Positions 27,805-36,345 of a DNA stretch of 41,501 nt are shown here, one piece after another. Where the stretch lies: contig PLXU01000043.1 in NCBI GenBank assembly GCA_003151555.1, positions 230 to 41,730 of the forward strand. The letters are read 5' to 3'. Position numbers and translations under genes: made by a program. The notes below the pieces were generated by a model, which saw only the letters and a list, made by a program, of their open reading frames with translations, made no database searches and had not been told where the DNA came from. Numbering within the stretch: position 1 is the first letter of the stretch; each line of letters starts with the position of its first letter. This stretch comes from Acidimicrobiaceae bacterium (GTDB lineage Bacteria; Actinomycetota; Acidimicrobiia; Acidimicrobiales; RAAP-2).

Positions 27805-29187
27805 ATGATCGAGGACGCATCGCCGTCCATTGTTGATGAAAATGGACGCAATCGCGTAGACGAGTTGCGTTCGTTCTTGACCACTCTCCACTTGATTGGT
27901 GCCGCACGCTTCATCGATCGATTGGCACGCCGACTCATCTTTTCCAGCATCAATCTGCTCCGATCGCTCGCGCGCGTGCCTCTCGTCGGGCCCGGACTGG
28001 ACCCGATGCTCGCTCGAATTGATCGACGTGGTCGCCTCGATTTTGAGCTGACCGAACTGCTCCGAGTGTGCCGTGCACTAGGAAATGAAGACCTTGTCTA
28101 TTGGGTTGCCGGTGGATGGGGCCTCGACGCGCTGGTTGGTTGTGAAACTCGCCGTCACGGCGATCTGGATTTTGTTCTGGATGGCTTTGGCGAAAACCTG
28201 CCCAAGGTCACGGCCCTGCTCACTGGTCTTGGCTATCAGCGTAAGAAACCGTTGGGCGGCACACTGTGGTTCCCCGACGCGGAAGTCTACGAAGACACTC
28301 GGGGGCATCATATTGAGGTCCTCAATATCGACTGGGAAGTTCTTACCTTGGCGGAGACGCTGCTCAGCCCGCCTTCGAATCCTGAAACCGAGCCGGCCGG
28401 CGAACGCAAGCGGGCAACGCCATTCCTCTTGCAACAGTGCGCGGCGACCGGGGAGCTCGATGGCGTTCGCCTACCGGTACTCTCCATCGCGGCCCAACAA
28501 CTCTTCCACTGCGGCTATCAGCGCCGTCCGGTGGACTCGCACGCCGAAGACATCATTCGTCTCATCTCCACGCAACATTCCGTGGGGATCGAATTGTCCG
28601 GCCACGCCGCAAGCGGACCTGCGACAAAGAGTTCTCGAATTCCTTCGACACTGCTGCTGGTGCCAATCTTTTCGTTCCCGCCGGACCTCATGCGTCTCTG
28701 CCGGCTTCACCACAACGACCTGGACTTGATACCCCCGCACGTAACACTGGCAATCCCGTTCCTGCCCCTGGAGTCAGTTACGGCCGAGGTGGTTGGACGG
28801 CTTTCGAAATTGTTCGACGAGACTCTCGCGTTCGACTTCGATCTCAGCCAGGTCCGGTGGTTCGCCACGGACGTTGTCTACTTGGCGCCTTCCAACGTCG
28901 ACGCCTTCCTCTCGATCATCGAAACGCTTCGACAGATGTTCCCGGCGTTCCATCCCTACGACGACGCCTTCGATTCCGTGATACCCCACGTGACCCTCTC
29001 CGAAAATGGCGCGCTCGCCGACCGGCGCGCGCTGGGTCGAGACGCACCCAAGTACCTGCCAATATCAGCACGCGCGTCACACGTGTGGATGATGAGCAAC
29101 GAGCAGCGGACTGACCAGTGGTCCATAATCAAGATTTTTCCCTTGGGCGCCGCGCCAGTTATTCAGTCAAGTGATCAGCCGGCATAA
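27805..29187 (+). CDS. Fusion of a Lnu/ANT(2'')-like nucleotidyltransferase and a 2H phosphoesterase (2'-5' RNA ligase-like)
   Basis: WVAGGWGLDAL...RRHGDLDF...QQLFHCGY NTase domain; C-terminal PPHVTL and IPHVTL HxT pair. Start placed at ATG 27805, 6 nt after TATAAT (27793-27798). Confidence 0.8.
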   Translation: MIEDASPSIVDENGRNRVDELRSFLTTLHLIGAARFIDRLARRLIFSSINLLRSLARVPLVGPGLDPMLARIDRRGRLDFELTELLRVCRALGNEDLVYWVAGGWGLDALVGCETRRHGDLDFVLDGFGENLPKVTALLTGLGYQRKKPLGGTLWFPDAEVYEDTRGHHIEVLNIDWEVLTLAETLLSPPSNPETEPAGERKRATPFLLQQCAATGELDGVRLPVLSIAAQQLFHCGYQRRPVDSHAEDIIRLISTQHSVGIELSGHAASGPATKSSRIPSTLLLVPIFSFPPDLMRLCRLHHNDLDLIPPHVTLAIPFLPLESVTAEVVGRLSKLFDETLAFDFDLSQVRWFATDVVYLAPSNVDAFLSIIETLRQMFPAFHPYDDAFDSVIPHVTLSENGALADRRALGRDAPKYLPISARASHVWMMSNEQRTDQWSIIKIFPLGAAPVIQSSDQPA

Positions 29188-29404
29188 CCTGCCCGTAATC
29201 CATCCACCAGCCACCCCAATGCGTTTGTTACCTGCCGGATCCACGTTCAGAGTTCTCGACAACATGATGTCGATAACGTGACAATTGCCAGAAATTGCTG
29301 TATCTCCGTCCGTTGAGGACTCACAACTGAATGGTTCCTTCGTTGGCGTATTCGCATCGGGACTATATTTAGACAGTTCGGAATAATTCTTTTTTGGAGG
29401 CGTC

Positions 29405-31681
29405 ATGAGTAGAGACCATTGGACATTCAGGAAGTTTGCTCGAGTTGTGACGACATTCGTGGCGTTCGTCGCTCTGATGTCGTCAGTCTTGACCGTGGTA
29501 TTCGTAGGTACGGCATCGGCCGCAGCCGCCACTCTCACCCCGGTGGGATCATTCATCACTGCAAGTTCAACGGGCCTGACGACAGCAAGCGCCACTCTCG
29601 TGAACCCTGGGGACGTGCTTGCGATCTGGGTACAATCGCAGACGCAGTCCACCGCCGGACTGGTAACGGCCATCGGTTCCTCAGGGGCGGGAGCGATAGG
29701 TACAGCGGTCAAGGCAATCGCGTACACCACCGTTCAGCACGGCCCCCCCTTCAACGACGACGAAATCTGGTACGCGCCCGTCACGGCGGCGGGCGCGGTA
29801 ACGCTGACCTTCACGTGGTCGGGAACCACGACAGGCATCAATTTCGAATATTCGACACAGGAGTTCCAGCCCTCGTCGTCTGCCACGTACTCCACCGATC
29901 TTTCGGGTCACCTTGAGGTCTCGGCGTCATCGACGACCGTTGGTTTCCCCTCGCTGGCACAAGCGGGTGCTAATGAGCTCTACCTCGGTTACAACAGCAA
30001 CAACACGAATGGTACTTACGGCGCGCCGACCACGGCGGGGTACACCGCCGAAAGCGGAGCGACGGGCGACGCCATTATCTTTGACCCCAGCACCGCGTCG
30101 GGAGTACAGGCGCCGATCACGACCGCTACGACTACCGGTTCGGTGCAAAGCGCCATAGGTGCGATGATTATCGCCACTGCCGTCACCGGCAACACTGTCA
30201 CATTCAACGCAAACGGCGGTACGGGCACGATGACGAACGAGACTGCCTCCACGCCGACAGCGCTCACGCCCAATGGCTACACCTTCGCCGGCCACACATT
30301 TACCGGTTGGAATACAGTCGCGCTTGGCGGCGGCACCGCCTACGCCAACGGGGCGACATACCCATTCAGCGCGAATGTCACACTTTATGCCCAGTGGGCA
30401 CCCACCTTCACCGTGACCTTTAACGGCAACACCAATACCGGTGGTGCGACGGCTGCTGAGACCGACAGCACGGCAACCGCCCTCACGCTGAACGGCTTCA
30501 CCAAGACTGGCAACGTCTTTACCGGTTGGAATACAGTCGCGCTTGGCGGCGGCACCGCCTACGCCGACGGCGCGACCTACCCCTTCACTGCTAACGTCAC
30601 CCTTTACGCTCAGTGGGCTCCTGCCTTCACCGTGACCTTTAACGGCAACACCAATACCGGAGGTGCGACGGCCCCCGAGACCGCCGCCGCGGCGACGGCC
30701 CTTACGCTGAACGGCTTCACCAAGACTGGCAACGTCTTCACCGGCTGGAATACAGTCGCGCTTGGCGGCGGCACCGCGTACGCCGACGGCGCGAGCTATC
30801 CCTTCACGTCAAGCACCACGCTCTACGCTCAGTGGACACCTGGTTTCACGGTGACCTTTAACGGCAACAGCAATACTGGCGGTTCGACCGCTCCTCAGTC
30901 CGCTAACACTGCGACGGCCCTGACTGCAAACGGCTTCACCAGGTCCGGCTACGCGTTCACCGGCTGGAATACCATCGCGGGCGGAGGCGGCACCGCGTAC
31001 GCCAACGGGGCGAGCTATCCATTCACGTCAAGCACCACTCTCTACGCTCAGTGGACAGTCTCGGGCGGCGGTGGCGGCGGTGGCGGCGGTGGCGGAACAA
31101 CGCTCAAAACACTCACCGTCACGGCGGGTAGCCAGTCAATAACGGTTGGTGGATCTGTAACTGCGAGTTCCACGGTCTCCGGCCTCACTTCACCGGACAC
31201 AGGCACGGTATCGAGCGCGACCTACACCTACGCCGGTACCGGCACGACTATCTACGCTGCGTCGAGCACCGCGCCCGCGGTAGCCGGCACCTACTCGGTG
31301 ACCCCTTCTGCGGCCACGGTGGCAATCACGCCGACCGCTGATGCAGCCAACTACTCAACGACCTACACCTACGTCGGGGGCGCGCTCACCATCGCTGCCG
31401 TAGTGGTAGTCGTCCCGCCTGTTGTTGGGCCACACGCCACGCGAGTGGTTGGACAGGCTTTCGTGGGCAAGAGTCGCACACTGACGATCGTTGGTACGAA
31501 CTTCACCGCCAATCCAGGCGTTAAGAGCAATCAATCAGGTGCTGTCGTGCGCGTACGCTCCAAGAGCTCGAACCGAATCGTCCTCCTGATCACTGTGCGC
31601 AAGGGCGTTCGTCCTGGCACACACCAATTCACGATCACCGCATCGGGTAAGACGTGCCGGATTGGCTACATCACGAGGTAG
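29405..31681 (+). CDS. Secreted/surface protein with four InlB B-repeats (Listeria-Bacteroides repeat)
   Basis: RBS GGAGG and signal peptide ending ASAAA; four TVTFN.N...GF..TGWNT..GGGTAY..YPF..TLYAQW units; Gly11 linker; basic C-terminal beta domain. Confidence 0.88.
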   Translation: MSRDHWTFRKFARVVTTFVAFVALMSSVLTVVFVGTASAAAATLTPVGSFITASSTGLTTASATLVNPGDVLAIWVQSQTQSTAGLVTAIGSSGAGAIGTAVKAIAYTTVQHGPPFNDDEIWYAPVTAAGAVTLTFTWSGTTTGINFEYSTQEFQPSSSATYSTDLSGHLEVSASSTTVGFPSLAQAGANELYLGYNSNNTNGTYGAPTTAGYTAESGATGDAIIFDPSTASGVQAPITTATTTGSVQSAIGAMIIATAVTGNTVTFNANGGTGTMTNETASTPTALTPNGYTFAGHTFTGWNTVALGGGTAYANGATYPFSANVTLYAQWAPTFTVTFNGNTNTGGATAAETDSTATALTLNGFTKTGNVFTGWNTVALGGGTAYADGATYPFTANVTLYAQWAPAFTVTFNGNTNTGGATAPETAAAATALTLNGFTKTGNVFTGWNTVALGGGTAYADGASYPFTSSTTLYAQWTPGFTVTFNGNSNTGGSTAPQSANTATALTANGFTRSGYAFTGWNTIAGGGGTAYANGASYPFTSSTTLYAQWTVSGGGGGGGGGGGTTLKTLTVTAGSQSITVGGSVTASSTVSGLTSPDTGTVSSATYTYAGTGTTIYAASSTAPAVAGTYSVTPSAATVAITPTADAANYSTTYTYVGGALTIAAVVVVVPPVVGPHATRVVGQAFVGKSRTLTIVGTNFTANPGVKSNQSGAVVRVRSKSSNRIVLLITVRKGVRPGTHQFTITASGKTCRIGYITR
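30191..31054 (+). repeat. Four intragenic tandem repeats with a 219-bp (73-aa) period
   Basis: Terminal Trp codons at 30395, 30614, 30833 and 31052; long identical nucleotide stretches between neighbouring units. Confidence 0.9.
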
Positions 31682-31691
31682 GGAATGTCAA

Positions 31692-31725
31692 AGCTGACAC
31701 ACTCGATACTTTGAGTGCGTCAGCT
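31692..31725. terminator. Stem-loop between convergent genes
   Basis: AGCTGACACACTC-gatacttt-GAGTGCGTCAGCT, a 13-bp stem with one mismatch, 10 nt after the surface-protein stop; no U-tract. Confidence 0.55.
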
Positions 31726-31834
31726 GAGTGAACGAATGGTTTGTCCGCACCAAATACATCGGTGCGGAGGTTGGTTAGGCGTGTCCTTCTTGCGAGAGGG
31801 ACACGCCTTCGCCAATTTCGTTAAGGTGCCAAAT

Positions 31835-32398
31835 TCAACCAGAGGTCGCGGCCTTGAACTCGTCGAAGGTGTCGCGAATGAGTTGTGGCAGGTCGGGTTC
31901 ACCCATCGCGTTGACCCAACGTTCGAAGGCAATCTTCAAGACCGCGATTCCCGCCTCGGCGCTCAGACTCGCACCCGGCTCTGGGACACCGCGCTGACGC
32001 AGTCCTTGGGCCATGGCGCCAGCGAGCGACGCGAGCTTGATCAATTCGCGCTCCTGAAGTTCAGTATTTAGGGAAATGACGCTCTGGCGTAACAGTGATC
32101 CTTCGCGTCTCTCCTGGAATGTGGCCCCAGCGGCCTCAATTGCCGAACGGATGGTGGCGATCGGCGCCTCGGATTCCGGCGCCGTAGCGACGGTACTCAC
32201 GAGGAGTTCCTGTAGCGCTCCGGCGCCCCAGAACAGCACCTCTCGTTTGTCAGCAAAATAACGGAAAAAAGTCCGTTCCGTCAGTCCAGCCAACTTGGCG
32301 ATCTCGGCCACCGTTGTTTGTTCAAACCCGCGTTCGACGTACAGCAGAAGAGCGGCCTGCACGAGTCGGCCCTGTGCGTTTGGCTCCCAGCGACCCAT
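31835..32398 (-). CDS. TetR family transcriptional regulator
   Basis: MGRWEPNAQGRL..RGFEQTTVAEIAKLAGLTERTFFRYFADKREVLF; probably leaderless (TACCAT 6 nt upstream). Confidence 0.93.
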   Translation of the reverse strand: MGRWEPNAQGRLVQAALLLYVERGFEQTTVAEIAKLAGLTERTFFRYFADKREVLFWGAGALQELLVSTVATAPESEAPIATIRSAIEAAGATFQERREGSLLRQSVISLNTELQERELIKLASLAGAMAQGLRQRGVPEPGASLSAEAGIAVLKIAFERWVNAMGEPDLPQLIRDTFDEFKAATSG

Positions 32399-32413
32399 GC
32401 CTCGATGGTACCT

Positions 32414-32463
32414 GATGGCAGTGGGTGACATCGCATGCTATCCTGATGTCAGAGAATGACATC
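32414..32463. promoter_or_regulatory. Two TetR operator palindromes GATGTCA-N5-TGACATC
   Basis: GATGGCA-gtggg-TGACATC (32414-32432) and perfect GATGTCA-gagaa-TGACATC (32445-32463) flank an extended -10 TGCTATCCT between the divergent genes. Confidence 0.75.
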
Positions 32464-32517
32464 GCCCTTTCTTGGCCACATTGGTGGTCGAAAAGATCAA
32501 TCATTTGGAGGATTTGT

Positions 32518-33453
32518 ATGCGTATCTTCGTCACCGGTGCATCTGGCTGGATTGGCTCCGCGGTTGTTCCCGAACTTATTGACGCTGGACATGTCGTGGT
32601 CGGGCTCGCACGCTCCGATGACTCGGCCGCGGCCCTCCTCGCTGCCGGGGCCGAAGTCCATCGCGGCTCGCTGGACGATCTCGACAGCCTGCGCAGTGCG
32701 GCGAGCGCGTCAGGCGGAGTGATCCACCTCGCGTTCAAGCACGACCTCGCCTTCACGGGTGACTACCTGGGCGCAGCTAACGCCGATCGCCACGCCGTCG
32801 AAACCTTCGGCGAAGTGCTTGAGGGTTCAGACCGGCCGCTCGTCATCGCCTCGGGGACCCTCGGAGTCGCACTAGGTCGGATGGCGACGGAACGCGACGG
32901 ACACGACGACGATTCATCACTGGCCGCTTACGGCGAGGGTCCCTTAGCTCGACGGGCCACGGCCGAGTTCGTGCTGTCGCTCGCGTCGCGCGGTGTGCGT
33001 TCGTCAGTCATGCGGCTTCCCCCAACCAATCACGGCGACGGCGATAATGGCTTTGTCGCAACCTTGGTCGCGATTGCACGCGACAAGGGCGTCTCTGGTT
33101 ACATCGGCAACGGATCCAACCGTTGGCCCGCCGTGCACCGACTGGATTCCGCACGTTTGTTCCGCCTGGCCGTAGAGAAGGCGCCAGCGGGATCAACACT
33201 TCACGCGGTCGCGGACGAAGGAGTGCCGATCCGCGAGGTCGCCGAAGTTATCGGGCGACATCTCGATCTTCCGGTCGTCTCCATCTCCTCAGAGAACGCG
33301 GGCGAGCATTTCACGTGGCTAGCCCGCTTTCTCGCGGCCGACAGCCCAGCCTCCAGCGCCTTGACCCGTGAGCTTCTGGGCTGGCAGCCAGTGCAGCCGG
33401 GCCTGATCGACGACCTCGACCGAGGCCACTACTTTCAGAGGCCATTCGCGTAA
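32518..33453 (+). CDS. NAD(P)-dependent epimerase/dehydratase-like extended SDR oxidoreductase
   Basis: [31 protein letters not shown]; RBS GGAGG before ATG 32518. Confidence 0.9.
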   Translation: MRIFVTGASGWIGSAVVPELIDAGHVVVGLARSDDSAAALLAAGAEVHRGSLDDLDSLRSAASASGGVIHLAFKHDLAFTGDYLGAANADRHAVETFGEVLEGSDRPLVIASGTLGVALGRMATERDGHDDDSSLAAYGEGPLARRATAEFVLSLASRGVRSSVMRLPPTNHGDGDNGFVATLVAIARDKGVSGYIGNGSNRWPAVHRLDSARLFRLAVEKAPAGSTLHAVADEGVPIREVAEVIGRHLDLPVVSISSENAGEHFTWLARFLAADSPASSALTRELLGWQPVQPGLIDDLDRGHYFQRPFA

Positions 33454-33571
33454 TCACGCCGACTTTTGCCGTCCTAGTGGCCTCCCCGTCCTACCCAACC
33501 GTATTAGTCGGCGAAGGGTGGCCTCAGGCCCGGGTGGGCCACCGGAATCGGCGCATCGATCAACTCTCGTC

Positions 33572-33642
33572 AATCGTTGCAACAAAATCCAACTGAGAGC
33601 GGGCGTCGCGAATCGAACCCGCGTTCTTAGCATGAGAATCTG
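33572..33642 (-). repeat. Degenerate copy of the tRNA-Gly 3' half plus downstream flank (att-like)
   Basis: 33597-33642 matches 37771-37816 at 39/46 nt by manual count; flanks also resemble each other (TCGTTGCAACAAAATC vs TCGTAGCAACAAGATC). Confidence 0.8.
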
Positions 33643-33938
33643 GCACTCGTCAGATCGAAGTCAATATAAAAGTACTTATCTAGACTGATTTCTTGCAAGA
33701 TGCTCAGGGCGAATAGTCGAGGTGCGTAGTACTGCGGACGCAAATTCCCGCGCTGGACCGGACTGCGATCCCGACCTTCGTTCTGGTCTGACCCGAATTC
33801 TTGAGGGATCGATTGCATGTCGTTCCGGGTCCGAACCGTCACGAATATGACCTCGCACCGACGGCTGCGCCACGGACCTTTCGATCACGAAGCCGGAGAG
33901 CGTCATTGAATCTTCGCGGAACGATGAGTGCCATCGCA

Positions 33939-34367
33939 CTATGGATTTGTTTTCTCTTCTTCGATTCGCCAGCGCATTCGTTCGAGCAAGTCGCTGGTTG
34001 AGACGCCCGGAGTGTACGGGACCGTCCGAAAGATACCTCTCTCCATCGCGACTCCATACATCTTTGTGGCACTCGCGAGATCAAAATCGTCTCCGTGCAC
34101 GACCAGGTCGATTCGGTGGGTCGTCAGCCACTGCTCGTCGAGCACCATGGGGGCGTTTGCCAGCACTTCGTCTACGTAGCGACAGCCGGCTACCACCGCC
34201 ATTCGCTCTTGCATTGTCATAATCGGGCGCCGCTTGTACCCCTCCACGGTTTCGTCGGAATGCACGCCCACGACTAACTCGTCGCCCAGTTCGCGTGCCT
34301 GACGAAGGAACTGAACATGGCCACCATGGAAGAGGTCAGCCACCATGTCCACGTAGACCCGGGTCAC
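33939..34367 (-). CDS. Cytidylyltransferase (HxGH/TagD-like), probable phosphonate-activating enzyme
   Basis: DLFHGGH, VVGVHSD, RYVDEV, HGDD, YTPGVSTS; GTGA coupling to the aminotransferase. Confidence 0.88.
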   Translation of the reverse strand: MTRVYVDMVADLFHGGHVQFLRQARELGDELVVGVHSDETVEGYKRRPIMTMQERMAVVAGCRYVDEVLANAPMVLDEQWLTTHRIDLVVHGDDFDLASATKMYGVAMERGIFRTVPYTPGVSTSDLLERMRWRIEEEKTNP

Positions 34368-35392
34368 GACGACAGGACTCTGAAGAGATCCTCGATCACT
34401 TCTTCATTCATTGACGCCCCCATATTCGCGACCCGAAAGATCTCACTGCGTAGCTCCTGCTGGCCGTGGTAGATAACGAAGCCGTGCTCGAGTGCCTTCG
34501 TGAACAGCTGATCGGGATCGCGCCCCGCCAATCGGAAGGACGTCAATACCCAAGAGCGATGCTCCTCCTCGAGCAGCGGTTCAAAGTGACGAGATCCGGC
34601 CGTCCAGACGGCACCCACCATCCTGCGATAGCGGCCCGGTCGATCCTCAGACTCGAATATGTCCAACGCGCAATCCAGGGCGATCATCGCTTGGACGTGA
34701 GGCGTACCGGGCAGCGCGTCGGCGTACGTGGTCACGTCGAGCACCGGCACGGTTGGGAAGGAGCGTAGATCGCGTCTCCAGATCACCCCGCCGATGCCGA
34801 GAAGCGACTCCAGGCATTTGCCACTATTGAAGCAAATCACGTCAGCGTCGCGACTTATCTCGTGCACACCGATCGAACTTACCGCGTCGACGAAGAGACG
34901 CGCGCTGTAGCGCTGGGCGAGCCGCGCGACGTCGTCAATCGGGTTGAGGATCCCGGTGGTCGTTTCGTGGTGGACCGTTCCAATCCATTCCGGCTTCAGA
35001 TCTTGGACAGCTTTCTCCAACGCCTGCAGGTCGAAGGGCGTACCGATGCCGAACGAACAGACGTGCACTTGAGCACCTTCGAGCATGGACAGCGTGCGCG
35101 CGAGACGTTGGCAATAAAGTCCGTTATCGACAATCAGTACTTTCCCCCGAACGAAGGTCGCGAGACCTGCGTCGACGGCGAGACTGCCCGATCCGTGCAT
35201 GAGACTCAGCGCGAACTGATTCGGGTCAATGCCCAGATTGGTCATCAGGCGAGAACGCACGCGGTCCTGGAGTTGCTCGAACTCAGGTTGACGGTGGCAC
35301 AACTCGACGTTGAACAGGTTCTCTTTGATGCGACGATCGAGATTGACGGGTCCTGGATTGAAAAGTATCTGCTCGCGCGGTGTTAACGGCAT
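34364..35392 (-). CDS. Class V PLP aminotransferase, 2-aminoethylphosphonate transaminase-like
   Basis: LFNPGPV, HGSGS, NGLYCQR, VHHETTTGILN, VDAVSS, SGKCL (PLP Lys), FRVANMG; downstream of pepM/ppd-like genes. Confidence 0.85.
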   Translation of the reverse strand: MPLTPREQILFNPGPVNLDRRIKENLFNVELCHRQPEFEQLQDRVRSRLMTNLGIDPNQFALSLMHGSGSLAVDAGLATFVRGKVLIVDNGLYCQRLARTLSMLEGAQVHVCSFGIGTPFDLQALEKAVQDLKPEWIGTVHHETTTGILNPIDDVARLAQRYSARLFVDAVSSIGVHEISRDADVICFNSGKCLESLLGIGGVIWRRDLRSFPTVPVLDVTTYADALPGTPHVQAMIALDCALDIFESEDRPGRYRRMVGAVWTAGSRHFEPLLEEEHRSWVLTSFRLAGRDPDQLFTKALEHGFVIYHGQQELRSEIFRVANMGASMNEEVIEDLFRVLSS

Positions 35393-35402
35393 ATCCGCGT
35401 CA

Positions 35403-35942
35403 TTACACTTCCGCCGTCGAGACGCCATGAGCGCCGCGAATTGCCCGCCTTACGCGTTGGCTGTTTTCTTCCGGTGTCATGCCCACCCGCGGCGGCCGTC
35501 CATCCTTGGAAATCTTGATGATCTCTGTCACTCCGGGATACGACTTTTCCAAAGGGGCGCACGGCTGGCCACCAACTGATTCATGGCAACCGTTGTCGAG
35601 GACGTAATGATAAAGATTCGTGGGGCCCTTATCACGCAGGGTGTGCGTCGTTCCCATGCTCATGAGTAGCGACCCGTCCCCATTGATCACGACAACGTCA
35701 AGAGGAGTGTTCAGAGCTATTCCCAGGCCAATGGCTGGCGCCAAGCCCATGCTGCCCTGCATGAAGAAGACGTCGTAGTCCTCGCCCGTCTCAGCGAACA
35801 CCGCCCGACTCACGAAGCCGGTGGAAGCGACGTAGAGGGCTTTACGACCATGGTGATCCAAGATCCCGCGAATCGCCTGTGCCCGGGTCTTGACTTGAGG
35901 GCTCGTCTTCGCTGAATCGGGCTTCTCGCGTTCATCCTTCAT
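35403..35942 (-). CDS. Phosphonopyruvate decarboxylase beta subunit (ThDP-binding; ComE-like)
   Basis: STGFVSR, FFMQGSMGLA, GDGSLLM, LDNGCHESVGGQ. Confidence 0.85.
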   Translation of the reverse strand: MKDEREKPDSAKTSPQVKTRAQAIRGILDHHGRKALYVASTGFVSRAVFAETGEDYDVFFMQGSMGLAPAIGLGIALNTPLDVVVINGDGSLLMSMGTTHTLRDKGPTNLYHYVLDNGCHESVGGQPCAPLEKSYPGVTEIIKISKDGRPPRVGMTPEENSQRVRRAIRGAHGVSTAEV

Positions 35943-36345
35943 TGTTCTCACCCGCGACGAGAATGAAATTGTCCCAACCCAACAGCTCGAGCAGTGATTG
36001 GTCGATGTCACCCATGACCCGATGCTGGGGAAGGGTATGGCGGTGGCCCACTACCAGAAGCAAATCTATTTCGTGGGGGATACACAAGGAAGCCAGGGGG
36101 TTGATCGTATGCCCCAAACCCGCGTTCTGAAGGTACACGCAAGATTTCACACCTGCCAATGAAGCACCGGCGGCGATAGCGACAGCTTCCGCTTCCCATG
36201 TAGCGGTGACGTGGCGATCAGGCGGCAATTGAGCCAGATCGGAAATGAATCCCTTAAGTCCACTGTCCGGCACTCCCGTAAAGAATTCATAGCCGTCGGC
36301 CAAAAGACTTTCGAGCAGCCCGCTATCGGACGTAACGATCTTCAT
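35932..36345 (-). CDS. Phosphonopyruvate decarboxylase alpha subunit (ComD-like)
   Basis: FFTGVPDSGLK, EAEAVAIAAG, LQNAGLGHTINPL, PQH. Confidence 0.85.
   Translation of the reverse strand: MKIVTSDSGLLESLLADGYEFFTGVPDSGLKGFISDLAQLPPDRHVTATWEAEAVAIAAGASLAGVKSCVYLQNAGLGHTINPLASLCIPHEIDLLLVVGHRHTLPQHRVMGDIDQSLLELLGWDNFILVAGENNEG

Noticed and set aside
30191-31054. CRISPR-like periodic repeats
   Set aside because: In-frame 219-bp coding repeats without unique spacers or cas genes; no CRISPR array seen anywhere in the window.
33579-33587. Third GCAACAAAA half-site
   Set aside because: It lacks the AAATCTTTC partner and is explained as part of the tRNA-flank duplication.
33572-33648. Second functional tRNA gene
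   Set aside because: Only the 3' half is similar; the T-stem and anticodon stem are disrupted and there is no 5' acceptor strand or CCA. Treated as an att-like relic.
35403-36345. Coenzyme M biosynthesis (comDE)
   Set aside because: No comA, comB or comC nearby; the adjacent PEP mutase and AEP transaminase-like genes favour phosphonopyruvate decarboxylase.
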